DNA from: the human T2T-CHM13v2.0 reference genome, Homo sapiens | Reading direction: 5' to 3' (one strand) | Assembly (NCBI RefSeq): GCF_009914755.1 | Contig: NC_060929.1 | Length of the DNA: 64,000 bases | Part shown: positions 55,275-64,000 of the stretch, piece after piece | Layout: every line of letters begins with the position of its first letter | How positions within the stretch are numbered: the first letter of the stretch is position 1 | Program-made: the position numbers and the translations under genes | Notes under the pieces: generated by a model | Told to the model about the DNA's origin: nothing | Seen by the model: the letters and a program-made list of their open reading frames with translations, nothing else | Database searches by the model: none

Positions 55275-56745
55275 CTTAGTCTACTTGGGTGTTAATATGA
55301 TAGATGACACCTGAACTTGGCTCCATACAGCCTAGACTGGTTTCCACCTAAGTGAGGGTGGGCATGTGGGAACGGGGGTGGGGTGGGTGTAGAACTAGAG
55401 AGGTGCAGAGTCACCTTTCCCAAGAGCAGGCAGTACTCTGCCCTGTGAATCAACAGCTGGGTTTTGTTTATTTGCACTGGTTTTCACCAGATCTAGAAAA
55501 AGGAGTTTGTTCCCCACCTCCCTCAAACAAGCTTCTTAAAACTTGCTTAGAGCTGCCAAGACCTCTGTACAAGTCCTGTGCATCAGAGTACTTAGGCAGT
55601 GATGCCTTCCCTCTGCTGCTCCATTTGCTGCAGGAGGGAGGTGGGAGCTCCGTGAGACGGAAGCCACCACAAGTTCATTCTCCAAGGTCAGTGGAACTGT
55701 CACTAACCATTCCAGGTCTGGTTGCCTCACTTGGGGAACCACAGAATTACTCTTTCCATTGGTAACTGCTGAGGGCAAGAGGCCCAGAGGTTGGCATTGC
55801 CAGTATACAGCCAGCTGTGAGACCCCAGGAACCAGGCTTGGTCAGAGGCCCCACCACCTCCGAGCTCACTTAGTGACTGACTTTTAGCGTCCTCTGGGAA
55901 GCTTACTGAAACCAAAGATCCTGACTTGGTGTACATGGGATGAGGCCCCAAATTCTGCAGTGTGTGTGTGTGTGTGTGTGTGTGATGAGATCTCACTATG
56001 TTGTCTGTGCTGGCCTTGACCATATTCTGTGTTTTTGATGACACTTGGGATGATTATGAGGCTGGTGACCCTCAAAACTCATTTTAGGGTCAAATCCAGA
56101 CATGACTGATGCTTTAATAGACACATTTCTTTTTTTATTAAATATTAAGCTTTTCTGGGTTCTGTGTATGCTGTTGTTAGCAACTTTCCTTGTGCCACAG
56201 ATGTATGAATAAGAAGCTTCTTCACTGTGTCTTGATTAACATAAGCATAATATGGAAAAATCCATATTTAGGTAGATCATAAATTGGTAGCTATATGATG
56301 AAAGACCTCACCAAACTTTTCCTTTAAATACTGGAACGAACTCACTTACTTTAAAAGATTAGATTTTCAGTAACCCAATTGCCAGAAACTATTTCAAGCA
56401 CGCAGGGATTCTGACAGGATCTAAATCGACACACCTTCCTAACTTTAGTGCTGATTAGAGTCAGGGAGGCTTTTGGCCAAAGCAGAAATCACTACAAATA
56501 CAGGCTGTCAGTGACAAAGCCACGGTTTCTCCTTCACCTCCTCTGTCCTGAATAGATTTGAGTAAGTGGCAAAAAAGAATATAGGCTTAAGTATCCCATC
56601 TGCAAAAGAAAAATATCTTAAAGGGGCAATGTGTTCTGGAAAAAATCATGGGATTTCGAGTGGGCCTTTGAATTCTCATCATAGCTTTTCTGACAGGTTA
56701 TTTATCCTGTCTGAGTCTTTCTCATTTTAAAATGGCGCAGGGAGG

Positions 56746-57029
56746 TGCCGGGCGCGGTAGCTCACACCTGTAATCCCAACACTTTGGGAAGCCAAGGCAG
56801 GTGGATCACTTGAGGTCAGGAGTTTGAGGCCAGCCTAACCAACATGGTGAAACCCCATCTCTAGTAAAAAATATGAAAAAATCAGCCAGCTGTAGTGGCG
56901 CACATCCGTAATCCCAGCTACTCATGTGGCTGAGGCAGGAGAACCACTTGAACCTGGGAGGCGGAAGTTGCAGTGAGCCCAGATCGCACCACTGCACTCC
57001 AGTCTGGGCAACAGAGGGAGACTCAGTCT

Positions 57030-57066
<37 letters not shown>
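56746..57066 (+). mobile_element. AluS with long poly(A), within a MIR
   Basis: Full Alu with ~36-nt A tail; MIR remnants on both sides (ctcattttaaaatgg ... cacctcatagagttgttttgagaattgaatga). Confidence 0.93.
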
Positions 57067-57068
<2 letters not shown>

Positions 57069-57199
57069 TGTGTGGCAGGGGAGAGGAGATAATTCCTGTG
57101 TGGCAGAAACATCAAGAGGGATCCCCACCTCATAGAGTTGTTTTGAGAATTGAATGATTTAAATTTGATCGCTAATGAATTAAATGAAATAATTGTGTC

Positions 57200-58200
57200 T
57201 GGCAAACATTTGGGACAATTGAGTATCAAAATACATACATTAAAGAATTCCAACAGACATGAGTGATGCTTTAATGACACATATCTTTTTTTATTAAGTA
57301 TTGAGGTTTTCTGAATAAGAATTCATGAGTCCATGCTGATATAAATAAGTAAGGCATACAAGAAAGTTCTTCCTTATGGTTGAAAGCCAATTAATAACTG
57401 TAGAAGGAATGACAGAATTAGAATATCACCATTTGGCAACCATAATAATAAGTATATGAGTCATCAAGAATTATCAATGAATGATTCACATAGGATATTT
57501 ACACAGTTTCAAAGTATCTCCTCACAAGAGACTTATTAATCACAAGGGATAAAACAGTAGCTGTACGGTAGAGAAACCTAACAGACACCAACTTTAAATG
57601 GGTCTAACTGACAGCATGTCCCTCCTATGAGGCATTGAGAAGAACTGAAAAAATCCTGGAAAAAAAAAAAACCCATATAACCTGAATCTCACCATAAGAA
57701 AGATAGACCCAATTGAGGGGCATTCTACAAGATAACTGGGCTGTTCACTTCAAATATGTCAACGCCATGAAATAAAAAGATTCAGGAACTATTCTAGATG
57801 TCCGTGGACATGACAAGCAAATGCAACACGTAACTGGGTTTTCTTTGGCTAGAAAGGACATTATAGGAACAATTGGCAAAATCTGAGGAAGGATTATAGA
57901 CTAGATAATTGTGTTCCATCAATGTTAACATTGTGATTTAGATAATTGTACTGTGGTTTTGAGAGGCAGAATTTTTAGGCAGGCTTTTAGGAAATGTACA
58001 TAACTATTTAAGGGAATAGGGCATCAGGTCTCCAATTCACTCTTAAATGGTAAAAGAAAAAATTTAAAGGGAGATAGATGATAGATAAGGCAAATGTAGT
58101 AAAATGCTAACTTTTGGGGTATCTGGGTAAAGATTGTCCAGGAATTCTTCACTGTTTTAGCAACTTTTTTGTAGGTCCGATGTTATGTTTTAAAAAAGTA
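57200..58200 (+). mobile_element. L1MC-like 3' region
   Basis: tatctcctcacaagagacttattaatcacaaggg...cattctacaagataactggg...aattcttcactgttttagcaacttttttgtagg. Confidence 0.75.
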
Positions 58201-60465
58201 TTCAGTACATACTGAGACCTGCTGTTTTATCTTAATGATGATAATAGAACATTGAGTCTATTGTAAGGAGTTTAGAAGCCAAAAAGAAAGCAAATACAAA
58301 ACCAACACAGGGATTTGCTAGAGGGAAGTTTGGGGTTTTATAGTGCAAAATGTAACTGGCCACCAACCTTCCCTCATTCACCTTGATTTAGGTCCTCTTG
58401 GTGGCTCTGGTCCCAGGACTAGGGGCTGAGGTGGAAGGTGTGATCTTATAGGAAGCGCAGGCTTTATGAAGCATGTCCTGTGTGAAGCAGAAGCCAGTGT
58501 GCTTCACTCTGATGTTGTTTCTTAGGCTCATGCCTGGAAGGTACTGCAGGATACCGGATACTGGGTCTACCTTCCAGCCCCAGAGGACACTGTAAAAAGC
58601 CATCTCGGGCTAAAGGTTTCATCTTGGCCCTGTTTCTGTCTATTTGGAGGACATAAATATAAGAGAGTACTTTTGGCGGTACAAAGTGCCATCCACATGT
58701 GTCAGTCACATACACGTGCTGGTGGAGCCTGTGGCTAAGAGGGCAGCCTCTGGAGTCAGACAGGCTGCTTCCAAATCCCAGATATGCCACTTACCCGGTA
58801 GGCGATTTGAGGGAGATCATTTAACCTGTCTGCCCTCCACTTTCTGCATCCATAAAATGGGGATAATAACTGTAATATAGAGCAAACTAATAGGATTGGT
58901 GTTCAGTAAATGAAACAGTGCAAATGGCAGAGGCTTTATGTTCATGCATCCCAAAGTATCTTCAAGTGTAAAATAATTCTATTATGCTATCCTGAAATTA
59001 CCTAGAATCAGAGCAATTGTATTAAAATTTGCTGTAACTTGTCTCATTCTCCTTGACCTGTCCTGGCCAGCCTATCTTCTGATGGCACAAATCACCAATT
59101 GCTTTTAGTGTCGATTTTCTCTTGGTGCCAGTTCCTACTGGGCTTCTGGGGTGGGGCCTGGCTCCTCTCCTACCTCAAGATTCTAATTTGCTAGGAACCT
59201 TGGGACTCCTGAGATTTCTGTGCTTCTGCAGGAATTTATCCTGCTTGAGAAGCTCACCTGGAAAACGTGCGGCTGAAGATGGAAATTCAACGTTAGGCCC
59301 CAGAGCTGTGGAAGGTGTTTTCAGTTTGGCCTTCTTGCCAGGCACACTTGAGCCTGCACAAATTCTGTTCCCCACGCAGAGACAGGGAAAGAAAGCTGCC
59401 TTGCTGTTAGGACTGTAAGACTACACCCAGGATCTCAGAACAGCACTTCCCCCACCAATCTGTCCACGGTGGCCTTAGCCAAACCCGAGGAATGAAGGCT
59501 TAACGGGAATGTGTCATAAGAAAAATATTCCATTAGAGTTTTCTCTCCCAGATTCCACGCCCACATTTCTGCCTGCCTGTTGGACATCTCCAGTTAGATG
59601 ACCCACAGGCACGTCCTTACCAAAACAACATGCCCAAAACGACACTTCACTCTCTCTTCCTGTCTTGGGTAGTGTCACAAGCCAACTGAAAAGCCTGGAA
59701 ATCCTCCTCCCACATCTCACCCCTCCTGTTAGGAGGTCCTTTCCATTGCAAATACCAAATGGCTCAGATTCGATTCTTCCTCTTCGTGCCGCACATATTG
59801 ACGTTCAGGGCTTCAAGATCTCTCGCCTGGACTATTTCAGCAGCCTCCTAACAGTCTCTCTTCTCCCAGCTCCCGCCTCTGGCTCCTCTGCATGTTAAGA
59901 GCAAAGTCGCCCCAAAGCAGGAAATGGGATTACTCTCCTATCGTGATGAAGCCTGTGTTGCCTCTCCCAGTGACTCAGGGATGGAGTGTGGACTCTTGAG
60001 TTGCCATGTAAGGGCCCAGCCCATTTCCCCAGCTTCATCTCGCCATGAACACCCCTCCCTCCAGAATCCCAAGCTGCTCACGGGTTCCCTAACTCCTCCT
60101 TAGGCATTTGCTGGTGAGCCTTTGAACAAAATCTTCCCTCGGTCTGGACCTTCTCTTCTCCCCCTTTTTTAACCTGGAAGATTCCTACTTACCCTTCAAA
60201 TTCAGCTGAAAAGTCACCTTCTCAGGAAAGGAAGTCTCCCTATGCCCTCTTCTTTCCTCCCAGAGCAAGTTTTCAGTGCCTTTTGCATCATAATCTATTA
60301 GTTCATCTTGTGGTTGTTGGTTTATATATTTACACTAAATGCTTTTCAAGATCAGGGATTCTGCCCTGTTCACTTCTGTACTCCCAGGTGGACATGGTGT
60401 TTCTTCAGGAAAGAGTGCTTGGGTGGGTGTGTATATAATGCACCAACAATGCCACAGAGCAGCCC

Positions 60466-60834
60466 TGATATGGTTTGGCCATGTCCCAACCCAAATCTCA
60501 TCTTGAATTGTAGCTCCCATAATCCATCCCCACATGTTGTGGGAAGGACCTGGTGGGAAGTAAGTGAATCATGGCGGCAGGTTTTTCCCATGTTGTTCTT
60601 GTGATCGTGAATACATTTCACAAGATCTGATGGTTTTATAAATGGGAGTTCCCCCACACATGCTCTCTTGCCCGAAGCCATGTAAGATGTGCCTTTGCTC
60701 CTTCTTCACCTTCTGCCATGATTGTGAGGCCTCCCCAGCCATGTGAAACTATAAGTGCATTAAACCTCTTTTTCCTTATAAATTACCCAGTCTCTGGTAT
60801 GTCTGTATTAGCAGTGTGAGAACGGACTAATACA
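60466..60834 (+). mobile_element. THE1 solo LTR
   Basis: TGATATGGTTTGGC...GGACTAATACA; TSD AGCCC at 60461-60465 and 60835-60839. Confidence 0.94.
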
Positions 60835-61547
60835 AGCCCTGTACACTAGAAGCACTGCCCTTTGCTGTAGCTTCATAATTCTGCCTAAGTACTAGAAGGT
60901 TGATGCTATGAAAGGTGGCATTCAAGGCTCCAAATTCACCTTTATCTCAAACTTCTTTCAATAGAACTTGTCTCCTTTCTTTACCTGCCTTCTTATCCCC
61001 TTTCTCAGCAAATCTCTGAAAGGATGTCTCTCAGCCATAAAAAAAAACATTGTATTGTGTATTTGCTGGCTACAGAAATTTACTTTCCTGTGGAATCAGA
61101 GAGAGAACTGATCTTGTTAAAAGGCTCTAGCTATAATCCCTTAGAGAGAGGATCCACTGAGTAGAAAACTGTCAACAGTATAAAACGCTGACACTTTAGG
61201 TGTCTATTTCCACACCCAGCCATGTTTACGTATGATATTTAGAACCAGGATTCAACTGACCCTGGCACTCAACAACCTTCGTTCTAATTTCTTCCACGTT
61301 GAGTTTTGTTCCAAGTTTCTGACCGTTTCTACTCTGGAAGGTGGCCAGGGTCCTGGGGTGGCCACGGTCATGCCAAGTCTCAGTGCCCCCTCCGCTTCAG
61401 GGGCTTAGACCGCCACTTGGAATGCGTGCATTCTGGCAGGTGCGGTGCATGCAGGGGTCAGACCCCTATGGTTTGATGAGATAAGAGCCTCCTGCACAGA
61501 ATCTCATTTTTTCTCCATCTGCACCGCCATTTGGGCCTCGGGCCTCA

Positions 61548-61656
61548 TGACTCACACAGTGGCTATCCATCTGCCCATTTACTCCAGAAAGAGAAAAGGA
61601 CTTCTTTGCACACAGTGAGTCATCGTATCACATTTCAGAGCCACCTGCCTGACTCA
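61548..61656. promoter_or_regulatory. Candidate AP-1 enhancer cluster
   Basis: TGACTCA 61548-61554, TGAGTCA 61616-61622 and TGACTCA 61650-61656 in non-repetitive DNA. Confidence 0.5.
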
Positions 61657-62213
61657 TAGACTATAGCAGAGCTCTGTAATAACGGGGCTCCCTATTGCAT
61701 GAAGATGAATATTACTTGCATATGACCCTTTACACCCCCAAACCAACTTGATATTCCCACCCTGAGCCAATAATGGGATAGGTCAGGGTTGGCAGATTTT
61801 TGTCCTCCTGTTCTTGAGTCCCCTCCCTGCACCTTGAAGACATGCTAATTGATGGATGAGCTTTCCTGTGCTGAGGCCAGCAGAGGCCTCAGCATCAGAG
61901 TTAAGACAACACTCCCAGCGGCAGCCCTTCACAATTGGTCAGACTTGGTTCCAGAGGTTAAACCATATTGATATGCTAAGGTTAGATTGGGAAGACAGGA
62001 CTGCTTTCAGGGTGGGCACTGTGGTCTCCAGAAGGCTACCCTTCTTTTCTTATATAGTTAATTATTTGAATCAGGAATATAGAGGGAGGTAACATACACA
62101 CAGGGTACGAAACTCAAAAGGTATGCAAGAGTATGTAGTGAAAATTCTCTTTCCCATCTCAGTTCCTCAGTTCTCCTCCTAAAAGTAACCAATATCATCA
62201 GGCTTTTTAAAAT

Positions 62214-62560
<347 letters not shown>

Positions 62561-62628
62561 TGACAGATACACACAAATATACACAAAAATATTTTGTGTG
62601 TGTGTATACATAAGTGTATGGATGTATC

Positions 62629-63240
62629 TATAGATAGATAGATAGATAGATAGATGATGACTGATTGATAGATAGATAGTAGGTGGGTAGGTGGATGGAT
62701 GGATGGATGGTTAGATGGTTGGATGGATGGATATATAGATAGTAGGTGGGTGGGTGGATGGATGGATGGTTAGATGGCTGGATGGATGGATGGTTAGATG
62801 GCTGGCTGGATGGATGGATAGATAGTAGGTGGGTGGATGGATGGATGGTTAGATGGTTGCATGGATGGATGGTTGGATGGATGGATGGATGGACAGATTG
62901 ATAGATAGTAGGTGGGTGGTGGCTAGATGGATGGATGGTTAGATGGTTGGCTAGATAGACAGTAGGTGGGTGGATGGATGGATGGATGGATAGTAGGTGG
63001 GTAGGTAGATGGATAGCTAGATAGTAGGTGGATGGGTGGATGGATGGATGGATGGTTAGATGGTTGGATGGATGGATGGATGGATGGATGGATGGATAGA
63101 CAGTAGGTGGTCGGGTGGGCAGATGGATGGATGGTTAGATGGTTGGATAGATGGATAGATAGGTAGCAGGTAGGTGGGTGGATGGATGAATGGATGGTTA
63201 GATGGTTGGTTGGGTGGACACATAGATAGATAGATAGATA
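62629..63240. repeat. Compound (GATA)n/(GGAT)n/(GGGT)n satellite, ~600 bp
   Basis: Tetranucleotide runs arranged in recurring higher-order blocks (gatagtaggtgggtggatggatggatggttagatggttg). Confidence 0.95.
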
Positions 63241-63241
63241 T

Positions 63242-63688
63242 GCTATATTAGTTTCTAGGGTTGCTGTAACAGTGTGCCACAAACTGGAAATTTATTATCT
63301 CACAGCTCTGAAAGCTGGAAGTCTGAGATCCAGGTGTGGGCTGAGTAGGTTTCTTCTGAAGATTGTGAGGGAGAATTTATTCCATGCCTTTCTCCTAGCT
63401 CCTGGTGGTTTTCTATCAATCTTTGCCAGTTCCTTGGCTTGTAGAAGCATCACCTTGATCTCTGTCTTCATATTCATAAGGCGTTCTCCCTGTGTACCTG
63501 TCTGTCCAAATTTTCCCTTTTTATTCAGCACACCAGTCTTATTGGATTAGGGTTCAACCTAATGACCCTATTTTAACTTGATTATCTCTTTAAACACCCT
63601 ATCTCCAAAGAAAATCACAGTTGGAGGTACTAGGGGTTAAGATCTCAACATTTGAATTTTGGGAAGGGCACAATTCAACCCATATACC
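63242..63688 (-). mobile_element. MLT1 (MaLR) LTR
   Basis: tattagtttctagggttgctgtaaca...ccacaaactgg...ggattagggttcaacctaatgacc...cacaattcaacccata. Confidence 0.85.
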
Positions 63689-64000
63689 ACAGGCATCTAA
63701 GTATATGCTAATTTTTACACAAACGCTAACCCATTCTCAACACTATTCTGTGTCTTGCTTTTTTTCATTTTAATATTCTTGAAGATTTTTCTACATCAAT
63801 ACATAGAGACCTGCCTGCCTCATACTTTTTAATGGCTGTGTAAAACTGCAGTGAATCACATGGGAGTAAAATTATTTACTTTCATGGTGAGGGATACTTA
63901 AGCTCCGTTCTAACTTTTGTTATTACAATAAAGTTTCAATGAATGCCCTTGAACATATCAGTTCATACTTTACGTGAAGCACAGCTGTAACATATTAAAA

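Noticed and set aside
62923-63282. 119-aa His/Pro/Ser/Ile-repeat ORF
   Set aside because: Translation of the (GGAT)n satellite.

Overview
Human (primate) genomic DNA containing the 3' end of ARHGAP26 (GRAF1, Rho GTPase-activating protein 26) on the + strand. The gene was recognised from its C-terminal peptides: the Ser/Pro-rich segment PPNPSPTSPLSPSWPMFSAPSSP and an SH3 domain split over two exons ending ...[14 protein letters not shown]. Bases 1-22.5 kb are the distal part of a long intron. Three coding exons lie at 22563-22673/22838, 29359-29450 and 37716-37804, followed by a ~6.2 kb 3' UTR with an inverted Alu pair (main poly(A) signal at 44021). The remaining ~20 kb is repeat-rich intergenic DNA (from recall, toward NR3C1 on 5q31). 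Nearly all other listed ORFs are chance or Alu/L1/LTR-derived. I found no new gene system. The most interesting signals are: (1) the 55-aa hydrophobic GRAF1a insert reads as a retained 135-nt in-frame intron plus a 30-nt neural-type microexon; (2) the 3' UTR inverted-Alu duplex and alternative poly(A) sites that could remove it; (3) an L1PA twin-priming insertion lacking ~1.7 kb; (4) several local duplications or templated insertions, one next to a candidate SH3-truncating alternative exon; (5) a miR-1302-like MER53 hairpin; (6) a triple AP-1 cluster downstream. Repeat subfamily names come from recalled consensus sequences, and old-repeat boundaries are approximate.
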